A stretch of DNA of 38,185 nucleotides from Pseudomonadota bacterium (GTDB lineage Bacteria; Bdellovibrionota; Bdellovibrionia; Bdellovibrionales; SG-bin7): contig JAWXAY010000022.1 of assembly GCA_034439715.1 (NCBI GenBank), forward strand, positions 1 to 38,185, written 5' to 3'. The first letter of the stretch is position 1; every line of letters starts with the position of its first letter. A program made the position numbers and the translations under genes. Below the pieces are notes generated by a model. It was not told where the DNA came from. It searched no databases and saw only the letters and a program-made list of their open reading frames with translations. Below, in pieces: positions 27,085 to 35,946 of the stretch.

Positions 27085-28167
27085 CTAACCATTAGGCTGA
27101 GACTTTCCTAACGACAGAATTCGCTTAAATTTATCGGCATTCTTGACGGCACTAGACGATTTTTTTTCTCTGGTTGCCTGTTCGATTTTATCCAACTCGG
27201 ACTGCGCTGCTTTATCGACAAGACTAACCGAACGCAAATCTTCACTTGTTAGCTTGTTAAGAACGGTCTCTGTAATATCCGCGTGTTTGGGAACAAGAAC
27301 TTCTCCAGTGCTAGAGCTAACTATGTTGGCGGCAACTCTTTTCTTCAAGATAAGTCTTTTTATCTTTTTAATACGCTCATCTTCAATGCCTTCGGAACCG
27401 TTCTTAGAATAGATATCTAGAGCCTTGTCTGGCATCGACAGCGTTTCATAACAAACAGCCATTTTTAAATTGGCATCCCCGTGAAGAAATCCCAGTTTTT
27501 CGTCTTGAATAATTTTCTGCCAAGTCTCAACGGCTTTACTGCAATCTTGGGCGTCTGCATATATTTGTCCCAGTCGCATTTGATAGAGGCCCGACAATAA
27601 ATTATCCTTTTTGGTATCAAGCCCTGATTGAGTCAAAATTATTAGGGCTTCTTCTGGCTTCTTAGCCTCAGAAAGTATTTTGGAGAGATAAAGTGACGAC
27701 ATGAGCGCCGCATTTGATTTGGGATATTTTACAATTACGGATTTAAATTCAATCACATTTTTACCATGGTCTTTTTCAAAATCACCCGTTGGCAGCTTGG
27801 CCCGTTCAGCTTCTAGCTCTTTTTGCTTTTCAGTAACTTGCTTAAGCGCATTATTTTTTTTATCTTTTTTAATGCTTTCAATGGACGATTCCAGAGTTTT
27901 TATCTTCGCTTTGGCTTTTTCAGTTTCTTCTTGGGACTTAACATAACTCCGCTCAGCAACGAAATAAGATTCCTGGGCTGTTTGCTCCATTTTTTGCCGC
28001 TGCCAATTCATTAAGGTCCATGCTAAACCGACACCAAACGTCAATACTCCAAGAGCATATATGGCTTTCATATAGGGTTTCATAGATAAAAGAATTTTAT
28101 CAACTACCTGAATGAATAAATCCGGTTTTCTCGCTTCTTTGTGCATTTGTTTATCTTGCTTAGACAT
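27085..28167 (-). CDS. YfgM-like membrane-anchored TPR protein with an unusual C-terminal insertion
   Basis: KEARKPDLF N-terminus, single TM, TPR helices and position upstream of the bamB-like gene. Confidence 0.8.
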   Translation of the reverse strand: MSKQDKQMHKEARKPDLFIQVVDKILLSMKPYMKAIYALGVLTFGVGLAWTLMNWQRQKMEQTAQESYFVAERSYVKSQEETEKAKAKIKTLESSIESIKKDKKNNALKQVTEKQKELEAERAKLPTGDFEKDHGKNVIEFKSVIVKYPKSNAALMSSLYLSKILSEAKKPEEALIILTQSGLDTKKDNLLSGLYQMRLGQIYADAQDCSKAVETWQKIIQDEKLGFLHGDANLKMAVCYETLSMPDKALDIYSKNGSEGIEDERIKKIKRLILKKRVAANIVSSSTGEVLVPKHADITETVLNKLTSEDLRSVSLVDKAAQSELDKIEQATREKKSSSAVKNADKFKRILSLGKSQPNG

Positions 28168-28185
28168 AATTTATCTCCCTATCAA

Positions 28186-29301
28186 TTACCGATTATCAAT
28201 AGCTTTGATTGTAGTAAATAAGCGCGAGGCCCGGCCTTGGTGCTTTTGTTTAAGCCCGCCAATCACTCGAACTCTTTGTTCAGCCATGCGGTTGGCCGCC
28301 ACATAAGTTGGAATATTCTCTGCCTTTGCAATTTTAAATACGTCCATGAGGTTATCATAAACCTGACGGGTTTTATCAAAGGCGCGCTCGGGAGAGTAGC
28401 CTTCAAGTTCCACGAACACATTCATTAGCCCTCCCGAATTAATTACATAGTCGGGAGCGTAAAGAATATTTTTTTCTTTGAGCATGTCGCCGTGGCGATT
28501 CTCTGCCAACTGATTATTGGCACCACCCGCGACGATTTTACATTTCAATTTGTGAATCGTCTCATCATTAATCACCGCGCCAAGTGCACACGGCGCAAAA
28601 ACGTCGCAATCAGTAATAACAATTTCTGCAGGGCTAATCGATTTAATGTTAAACTTATCACAAATTATTTTTACTTTATCTTTATCGATGTCAGAAACAA
28701 TGACAATAGCGCCTTCGTCTAATAAAAACTTCACTAAATTACTTCCCACATTTCCCAGACCCTGTACGGCAACCTTTAAGCCTTTTAATGCCACCGCGCC
28801 CAAGTGGAAACTGACTGCTGCTTTTATTCCGCAAAGAACCCCATGCGCCGTATAAGGGCTCGGATCACCTGAGCCCCCGAAGGCTTTGGGTATTCCCGTG
28901 ACCCAAAGAGTCTCCATAAACATATATTCCATATCTCTCACCGAGGTACCCACATCTTCGGCAGTGATAAATCGACCATTGAGAGAGTTTATAAATATTC
29001 CAAACGCGCGAAATAGCGATTCTGATTTCTGTGTTTTAGGATCACCAATGATCACTGCCTTACCGCCGCCTAAATTCAAGCCTGCCATAGCCGCTTTGTA
29101 GGTCATGCCTTTTGAAAGACGGAGCACATCGACTAAGGCTTCGTGTTCGCTCGTATACGGCCACATTCGTGTTCCACCTAGTGCGGGACCTAGAGCGGTA
29201 TTATGAATAGCTATGATGGCTTTAAGACCGACGTCTTTGTTATGACAATAAATAACTTCTTCGTGCTCGCCATGCTTATCGATGAGCTCAAACGTGTTCA
29301 T
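28186..29301 (-). CDS. ldh: Leucine dehydrogenase (Glu/Leu/Phe/Val dehydrogenase)
   Basis: GPALGGTRM, GMTYK, GGGKAVI, TAEDVG, QGLGNVG, GGANNQL and YAPDYVINSGG motifs. Confidence 0.94.
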   Translation of the reverse strand: MNTFELIDKHGEHEEVIYCHNKDVGLKAIIAIHNTALGPALGGTRMWPYTSEHEALVDVLRLSKGMTYKAAMAGLNLGGGKAVIIGDPKTQKSESLFRAFGIFINSLNGRFITAEDVGTSVRDMEYMFMETLWVTGIPKAFGGSGDPSPYTAHGVLCGIKAAVSFHLGAVALKGLKVAVQGLGNVGSNLVKFLLDEGAIVIVSDIDKDKVKIICDKFNIKSISPAEIVITDCDVFAPCALGAVINDETIHKLKCKIVAGGANNQLAENRHGDMLKEKNILYAPDYVINSGGLMNVFVELEGYSPERAFDKTRQVYDNLMDVFKIAKAENIPTYVAANRMAEQRVRVIGGLKQKHQGRASRLFTTIKAIDNR

Positions 29302-29534
29302 TAATGAGATCTCCCATTTTTTTAGGCGTCAGTTCTGTGTTTATTCTGGTGTCAGTAACCACTACATTTGCCAACTCTTAGACACCCTATAAAAAAATAA
29401 ACCTTTCAATGACTTAGACCTACAAATAAAAGCTTCTAAATAGATTTTAGTCAATAATAATTTATAAGGGACTTTGTAGGGGATCCCCTGTAGTGGTCCG
29501 TTTCTTGAAGTAAGGTACTACATCGGGGGGCACA

Positions 29535-30005
29535 ATGATTACAGGTAGGTCATATTCAGAGCGTCGCAAAGCGGGACGGTACCTACCCGCGGATCAAAAA
29601 AACTATGACTTATTCATTGACGGTAAAAAAATAGGCTCAGAAAAAATGATTGATATCGGGCCCGATGGACTCAAGGTCTTCAGCCCCAGATTTAATGCCT
29701 TTAAAGACAACATCAGGTATAAAGTTGAATTTAAAAGCGGCACTAAAGTACACTTTGAAACAGTTGCCATCGTCAGCTGGAGGCTTAATTTAAAATTTCC
29801 GATAAATACTTGTCTCATTGGATTTCAAATTCAAGATATCAATCATGAGGTAGCCAAATTTTGGGTTGGAAAAGGTTATCGAAAAGGTTTTGCAATGGCT
29901 TTAGAGAACAATCTTGGGCGCTTCAAAATTTTTCATAACCTTCTAATGAGCATTAGTACCAGAAGGAAATTTAAGCAGTTCATGGCCACCTACTTTCCCA
30001 TTTAA
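29535..30005 (+). CDS. PilZ-like domain protein
   Basis: ERRKAGR (RxxxR), DIGPDG, AIVSW and IGFQI. Confidence 0.7.
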   Translation: MITGRSYSERRKAGRYLPADQKNYDLFIDGKKIGSEKMIDIGPDGLKVFSPRFNAFKDNIRYKVEFKSGTKVHFETVAIVSWRLNLKFPINTCLIGFQIQDINHEVAKFWVGKGYRKGFAMALENNLGRFKIFHNLLMSISTRRKFKQFMATYFPI

Positions 30006-30100
30006 GGCTTTTTAGCTCACTGCCAGTTGGTTAGCTGACTAGTTAGTTGACATATCCCATTATATCATCTGAATATTAACTATTCTAATGGGAGGACATC

Positions 30101-30785
30101 ATGGCATTAGCATCTTTTGAAGGTTTAATTTTCTCACTTCGTTGGTTTCATTTCTTGTCTGGCGTCGTTTGGATAGGGCTCCTTTACTACTTTAATTTTG
30201 TGCAAGGCTCATTTTTCGCAGAGGCTGATGCCAATACCAAATCCGTCTGCACCCAAAAATTAGTACCTCGAGCACTTTGGTGGTTTCGCTGGGGCGCTAT
30301 GATTACCTTTCTGACAGGATTTACTATTTATGCATTAGAGGCTCCGCGCACGGGAATGAATACGGTCTGGGGACTCCTCATAACTATCGGTGTTGTTCTA
30401 GGCACACTTATGTGGTTCAACGTTTGGTTTGTCATTTGGCCCAATCAAAAAAGTAGTGATTAAGTCAGCAGTCCAGGCAGCAACAGGCGGTCAGGCCATA
30501 CCTGATGCAGCCGCTCGCGCTGGCCGGGCACTTGTGGCGTCACGCACAAACGTTTTATTTTCAATTCCTATGCTTTTCTTTATGGGTGCCGCTCGCCATT
30601 TACCCATGCAGAAATTTGATGTCAGTTTGTTTCCCACTCTGTGGATTGTGTTCGCCATTGTTGGTGCTTTAGAAATTAATGCCCTTTGGGGCAAAACAGG
30701 TCCAATGACGACAGTCAAGGGAGTGATCACCTCAGGCTTTGCCCTGGCTGCCGCACTTTACCTCGTGGTTGAGTTTGTTGCGTAG
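30101..30785 (+). pseudogene. puuD: Urate hydroxylase PuuD-type membrane protein (urate oxidase N-terminal/DUF989), frameshifted at the A6 run 30447-30452
   Basis: First frame has RWFHFLSGVVWIGLLYYFNFVQ, ALWWFRWGA and NVWFVIWPNQK; the +1 frame continues VVIKSA...ASRTNVLFSIPMLFFM. Could be a sequencing error. Confidence 0.8.
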
Positions 30786-31119
30786 AGGGTTTCTCACATT
30801 GGTTTGTGGTGGGTATTTGGCAGCTTGTGATGCCAATCCGCCCCCCGGTAAGAATAATTTAGAAAACGAATCTCTGTCGTCTCGCGGAAAAAATGTATAC
30901 ATGGCAAACTGTGTTGCTTGCCACCATTCCAACCCAAAACTGATGGGCAACATTGGCCCCGAAGTCTGGGGTTCCAGTTTAGAGTTACTCGAAGCCCGAA
31001 TTTTGAAAGCTGAGTACCCTAGCGGCTATAAGCCAAAACGCAAAACGAAGGCCATGACTCCACTGCTCCAATTAAAAAATGAAATCCCAGCTCTGCACGC
31101 CTATTTAAACGCGCTTTGA
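30778..31119 (+). CDS. Monoheme cytochrome c, probable lipoprotein
   Basis: CVACH heme motif, distal Met (KAMTP) and LAAC lipobox; TTG start overlaps the upstream stop. Confidence 0.88.
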   Translation: MRRGFLTLVCGGYLAACDANPPPGKNNLENESLSSRGKNVYMANCVACHHSNPKLMGNIGPEVWGSSLELLEARILKAEYPSGYKPKRKTKAMTPLLQLKNEIPALHAYLNAL

Positions 31120-31130
31120 TAAGGCTCACT

Positions 31131-31694
31131 TTAGCAGCCTGAACCCTCTTTAGCGAACACATAAACAGTACCAGTGTAGGGATCAATGATCGCAAGTGCG
31201 GCGAAAGTCACACCACATTGGACGGCGCCCATTGGCGCGACACCAAACTTAACTCCTGTATTTAAGAGATATTTAAAATGATCTTTAGCCTTTTTAACAT
31301 GACTCATAACTTTGGCTTTTTCTTTTTCGTTACCCTCTTCGTTAAGCACTTCTAAATAGCTTTCATCTATCTCGGTAATATAGTCGTAAGCTTCTTTCAT
31401 CGAGGCTTCGCCCCAAGTAGAGGTATCAGCGTCCCAGGCTTCAGACGAAGTACCCACCCAAGTAAAATCTGACTCATTCTCAATGCCTTTTGATTTAAAA
31501 GCGAGGGCCAACATCATATCTCTTACTGATTTTGCCGGTTTTAATTTAAATTTCTCAACCCCAGACTGAGCCAAGGGCGAAAACATTTTAACTGCTTTTG
31601 CGATATCCGTTGTGGCGCTAGGCGCAGCAAATGACCAAGAACTTAAAGCCAGAAAAAAATTCAGACAAATAAAATACGAAGCAATAGTTTTCAT
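31131..31694 (-). CDS. Secreted hypothetical protein
   Basis: GGAGGAG SD and signal peptide. Confidence 0.75.
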   Translation of the reverse strand: MKTIASYFICLNFFLALSSWSFAAPSATTDIAKAVKMFSPLAQSGVEKFKLKPAKSVRDMMLALAFKSKGIENESDFTWVGTSSEAWDADTSTWGEASMKEAYDYITEIDESYLEVLNEEGNEKEKAKVMSHVKKAKDHFKYLLNTGVKFGVAPMGAVQCGVTFAALAIIDPYTGTVYVFAKEGSGC

Positions 31695-31778
31695 AATTCT
31701 CCTCCAAAAGCATCAGCAATAGCGGAGGACCTTTATTAAAACAAGATCCAAAGTCTTGTGGGTAATTTTTTCAGAAAT

Positions 31779-32234
31779 TTAGCGTGCGCTACGCTCGCCA
31801 AATAATTTTGCATCCACTGAGAACTTACCCGGTCCAAGTGCCATGAACAAAAGCGCTATGGCCAAGTAGCCCAAAGCTAGTTCGTATGACGAACCCCCTG
31901 TCATGTTCACAAAAGGATCCTTAAGTATAATCGCATGAAAAAAGACAGCTACCGCCATGGTAAAAGCAAGTCCCATTGAGGCCAGGCACGTTAAGAGTCC
32001 CAGAACTAAGGCAATTCCTCCACCAAACTCGGAAAGTGCTGCTAAAAATTGAAAAAAACCAGGAATTTGAATGGGAGCTTGAGGCGGCGCCCAACTAAAT
32101 GGCGTCTGAATTTTACCTGCCCCATGGAGAATAAATGCAACACCAACAACCAACCGAAGTAGTAACAGTGCCCACGAGGCGCATTTTGGCTGAGAAATAA
32201 CTTGAAAACAGTTCTTACATTTCGTGGAAAACAT
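31779..32234 (-). CDS. DoxX family membrane protein
   Basis: LLLRLVVG, HGAGK, EFGGG, YE and GPGKFSVD motifs. Confidence 0.92.
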   Translation of the reverse strand: MFSTKCKNCFQVISQPKCASWALLLLRLVVGVAFILHGAGKIQTPFSWAPPQAPIQIPGFFQFLAALSEFGGGIALVLGLLTCLASMGLAFTMAVAVFFHAIILKDPFVNMTGGSSYELALGYLAIALLFMALGPGKFSVDAKLFGERSAR

Positions 32235-32266
32235 TTAAAGTCCTCTCTAAAGGTGTTTTTAATAAT

Positions 32267-33175
32267 TTAAATTAGTGCCAGTAACTCCATGGCTAATGCT
32301 ATACCTACATGAACTAAAATACCACCCCAAATTTGTCGGGTCTGATAGGCAATAGCGCCCAGAACTAGACCCCCAAAAAGAGAGCCCACGCTTTCCATCA
32401 TTGGTTTTGCTTCAAGGTGAATTAACACGTAGAGTGTCACCATTAAAAAGACCGAATACTTGCCAATAAATTCTTTACCCTTTAACACCATAAAACCGCG
32501 AAAAAATATTTCGAGCATTACAAATTGCACAACATAAAAAAACTGGAAGAGAAAAAAAGCTTGAAGAAAGGAATAGCGAGACAAAATATCGGGACTCCCA
32601 GTTAGGAATAGCGGATAGACTGCTCGAAAGTGAGAACCGGTTGATGCTAGCCATAGAAATGGCAACACACCTATGAGAATGAGGGCGTAGGGCTTTAGGA
32701 GCGGTTTTTTAAAACTAAGTCCCCAAAAATTCTCTAAAGGCTTCTTAGAGAAAAAATAAAATATTAGGGGGATCAACAAGTAACTAAGCGAGCACTGAAC
32801 ATTATAAAAAAGTCTCAAAAAATAAGTGGCTGTGCCTCGTAAAAATGTGTCTGTAAAGTAAAAATCATACGCCCTGACAAAATGATTGACCTGAACAACC
32901 GCTACAACACTGAGGCCAAAGAACCAAAACTTCAAACCTCCCTTACTTATGAAGGCATTTTTTTTAAAAAGGCTGACTCCTAGAACGGTCAGCATAAACG
33001 GACCTAGATAATAGATTGCAAAATAGGTTTGCTGGAATTCGCGCCATTGCCACGGAGTGAATAGTTGATAGCGCAAAAGGATCAGGACCAAAAGCGCGGG
33101 TATGTAAAAATTGAGAAATCTCCTAATTTCCTTTTCCCAGAAAAAATCCTTGAGTGCCGAAAAAACATAAGCCAT
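32267..33175 (-). CDS. CPBP (CAAX/Abi) family intramembrane protease
   Basis: Multi-TM with EIFFRG, YVLIH and GILVH motifs. Confidence 0.85.
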   Translation of the reverse strand: MAYVFSALKDFFWEKEIRRFLNFYIPALLVLILLRYQLFTPWQWREFQQTYFAIYYLGPFMLTVLGVSLFKKNAFISKGGLKFWFFGLSVVAVVQVNHFVRAYDFYFTDTFLRGTATYFLRLFYNVQCSLSYLLIPLIFYFFSKKPLENFWGLSFKKPLLKPYALILIGVLPFLWLASTGSHFRAVYPLFLTGSPDILSRYSFLQAFFLFQFFYVVQFVMLEIFFRGFMVLKGKEFIGKYSVFLMVTLYVLIHLEAKPMMESVGSLFGGLVLGAIAYQTRQIWGGILVHVGIALAMELLALI

Positions 33176-33404
33176 GTGGCTATCGTCTCACATTTCGTGT
33201 CTTTCGCTAACCGATTTCGGAAGTCTGCACTCGCTAGCAGAGTCTTACGAGTGGCAGCACTCTAAAAGAAATACAGGGTAATAGTTTATATAAACCAATA
33301 GCTTTGACCAAATACTTGAACTTGTTTATACACATTTATCAATGGTAATAGTTAGGCAATAAATAGCCTATTGGCCACAAAACTTAGACAAGAAGGGAAG
33401 CCCC

Positions 33405-33815
33405 ATGAAATCTTTATTAGTATTGACTTTAAGTCTGTTCTTTTTTTTACCCACGGGTCACACAAAAGTGACGACTGACTATTCCGATGACTTCATCGTG
33501 GATTTTCTCCGTCATTCACCCGAGTTTGCTACCGTCAAAAAACAAAACAGGGACCTATTTAAAAAAGCGAAATATCTAGGCGCAGAGATTACTCGCACAC
33601 CCATGGCAGATGGTTTACTTAGTTATGAAGTCAATCTTCAGTTTAGCACTGAAGTTGTTTACCGCGGTAAAAAACACGCTGTACCCATGTCGTTAATTGC
33701 CCATACTCATATTGAAAGATACATTGTTCCTAATCGTAGAATTGTTGCTTCTAAGTTGTCGGACCCGGTCTTTCAAAAACCACAGACGCCAGCACTTTCT
33801 GGCCCCAACGATTAA
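33405..33815 (+). CDS. Secreted hypothetical protein
   Basis: AAGGGA SD and signal peptide; abuts the LysR gene. Confidence 0.7.
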   Translation: MKSLLVLTLSLFFFLPTGHTKVTTDYSDDFIVDFLRHSPEFATVKKQNRDLFKKAKYLGAEITRTPMADGLLSYEVNLQFSTEVVYRGKKHAVPMSLIAHTHIERYIVPNRRIVASKLSDPVFQKPQTPALSGPND

Positions 33816-34736
33816 GTGTTGGTTAACTCCATAAACCTCAACGTGCTCCGCGTGTTTGAAACCGTTTACAACACGCGCAGTATGACCAAGGCCGCTCAAA
33901 TTTTGTTTCTCACGCAGTCAGGAGTGAGTCAGCATATTAAATGCCTTGAAGAAACCTTAGAATTTACGTTGTTTGATCGATTGCAAAAAAAACTATTACC
34001 AACGGCAAAGGCACATGAACTTTTTAAAGTTTGTGCGTTGAGCTTTTCTAATATTGAGCAAGAGCTCGTGCGGCTTAAAGGGACAAAAACCAAAATTCAA
34101 GGTCAAATCAATATCGGGATGCCGACTGAATTTGGACAAAATATATTGCTGCCACTCCTAACTAAATTTGGCGAAGCCAACACGGGTATCACTTTTAACA
34201 TTATTTTAGAATATGCTCCCATTATGAATAAACTACTCTTGGGGGGCGAAGTCGATTTTGCCTTTGTCGATGAATTTACCTTTGATGCGCGAATTAAATT
34301 AGAAAACGTTTACGATGAAGTTCTCGATATGTGTATTAGTAGTAAAAACCTAAAAAAATGGGGACCGGCTGAAAATTCCAGAAACTTTTACGAGTCTCTC
34401 GACTACATAGATTACTTAGAGGGTGCTCCTCTAGTAAAAAAGTGGCTATCCACTCACGCAAAAATCAAAGCTCCCCATGTCAAACTGCGAGCCTTTGTCG
34501 CGAGTCCGGTAATGCTAGCGCGGTTTATTATAAATGATATGGGGGCAGGGATTTTACCCGATCACGTTTATCGTAAGTTTAAAGCTGAAGGACATAAAAT
34601 TGAATGTCTAGAAGGCTCCGGTCGTGACATCAAAAACACCATAAGTATCGCCTATTTAAATCAAAGAACTCTGTCGCCCCAGGCCTGCGAGCTCCGCGAC
34701 TGGTTGCAAAAAAACATCATTAGATTAAATAATTAA
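33816..34736 (+). CDS. LysR-family transcriptional regulator
   Basis: SMTKAAQILFLTQSGVSQHIKCLEE-LFDR HTH plus substrate-binding domain. Confidence 0.95.
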   Translation: MLVNSINLNVLRVFETVYNTRSMTKAAQILFLTQSGVSQHIKCLEETLEFTLFDRLQKKLLPTAKAHELFKVCALSFSNIEQELVRLKGTKTKIQGQINIGMPTEFGQNILLPLLTKFGEANTGITFNIILEYAPIMNKLLLGGEVDFAFVDEFTFDARIKLENVYDEVLDMCISSKNLKKWGPAENSRNFYESLDYIDYLEGAPLVKKWLSTHAKIKAPHVKLRAFVASPVMLARFIINDMGAGILPDHVYRKFKAEGHKIECLEGSGRDIKNTISIAYLNQRTLSPQACELRDWLQKNIIRLNN

Positions 34737-34840
34737 TCAATATTATTATCAATAATTTGAATTAATATACTCAGATTGTTATAAGTGGCTCGTTCCGTAA
34801 ACGAACATTAACAATCAAATCTTTTAAAAGGAGATATAAC

Positions 34841-35785
34841 ATGAAAAAAATAATTTTTATAATGACAATGTTAGCTGTTGCTAACACTCAAGCCCGAAGC
34901 TTGAGACCTGTAAAAGCTTATCGAACGGCTTCCATGGAAGTCACCCAAGCAAGTGGCGAGTTTTCTAAAAACGATAGAGTAATCCTCACCGAGTGGTCCA
35001 ACCCGAAGCAAGGTCAATCTTTAGCCTTAAACAAAGGAAACCTTTTGGTTCTAGACGTTAACGGTAAAGAGACTAGTCTTATTATTACTTCCATTAAAGA
35101 CGCAGGTTGCGGTTCAAAATTGGCGACGGCAGTTAACTTAAAAGTCACACGAGACTATGCCGGAAAAGATGAAACGGAAATTAAACTTACCGATCACACA
35201 ACTCGCACATGTAAAGATGCGCGACCCAACAGATGGGAAGCCACGGTAACGCAGTCACCACTCTTGACGGATCGCCTTGTAAGCCACATGCACATTCAAG
35301 GAAATCCCCAAAATGTTTTAGGAAGTATCTCACCAGTTTTGACTTCCGATTTAGAAAAATTCCTTGTCGATCCAAAGGTTTGGTTTGCAAACGATAAATT
35401 TTCTCACGCAACTATTACTATAAACTTAGAAAAGAAAACAATAGTGCTTTTTATGGCTCGAAGGTTTTATTGTCCTCCCGGTCAATTCTGTCCGATGGGA
35501 ATGCCTGCACCAATTACTATTTCGTTGCCAATCACCGAAATTAAGGGCGGCGAATGTAATACCACGATTTATGTTGCACAAAAAGACCAGCGCTTTGCTG
35601 ATGGGAGCCTTCAGCGCTTAGAAGTGCAGGACAACCGTGAATTTTATAAAAACTGTCGAAGCATATTAGCTGTTCCCGGAGTTAAGGTTTCTTATGATAC
35701 GATTTCCAGCAGAATGAGTTCTGAGGAGATGACAACCCATTCTGAATTTACCGGCGATTACCTGCACCATCCGATTGCCAAATAG
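34841..35785 (+). CDS. Secreted hypothetical protein with an apparent internally duplicated Cys-containing domain
   Basis: AAGGAG SD, signal peptide and two similar segments. Confidence 0.75.
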   Translation: MKKIIFIMTMLAVANTQARSLRPVKAYRTASMEVTQASGEFSKNDRVILTEWSNPKQGQSLALNKGNLLVLDVNGKETSLIITSIKDAGCGSKLATAVNLKVTRDYAGKDETEIKLTDHTTRTCKDARPNRWEATVTQSPLLTDRLVSHMHIQGNPQNVLGSISPVLTSDLEKFLVDPKVWFANDKFSHATITINLEKKTIVLFMARRFYCPPGQFCPMGMPAPITISLPITEIKGGECNTTIYVAQKDQRFADGSLQRLEVQDNREFYKNCRSILAVPGVKVSYDTISSRMSSEEMTTHSEFTGDYLHHPIAK

Positions 35786-35818
35786 GACTTCTATACATTG
35801 ACACTATTCTAATTTGAG

Positions 35819-35846
35819 GGCCCTGTGCAGACAGGGCCTTTTTTTT
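35819..35846 (+). terminator. Rho-independent terminator
   Basis: GGCCCTGT-gcag-ACAGGGCC-TTTTTTTT. Confidence 0.85.
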
Positions 35847-35946
35847 ATTCGTCGCAATCTGCAGTAGACCTTCGCCCAGGGCCTGGCTTGCGGGTTCGTC
35901 TTGCTAAAGCGGAGTAATGTACTAATATTAATAATAGCGAGGCGAC

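Noticed and set aside
29469..29499. Hairpin/palindrome AGGGGATCCCCT upstream of the PilZ gene as a c-di-GMP riboswitch
   Set aside because: Lacks recognisable GEMM consensus elements; only a short stem
30447..30453. AAAAAAG as a classical A_AAA_AAG -1 programmed frameshift site
   Set aside because: Wrong phase: the upstream frame reads CAA AAA AGT and rescue needs a +1 shift, not -1
33230..33262. CACTCG...CGAGTG stem in the divergent intergenic region
   Set aside because: Short, single copy and without supporting promoter or terminator context
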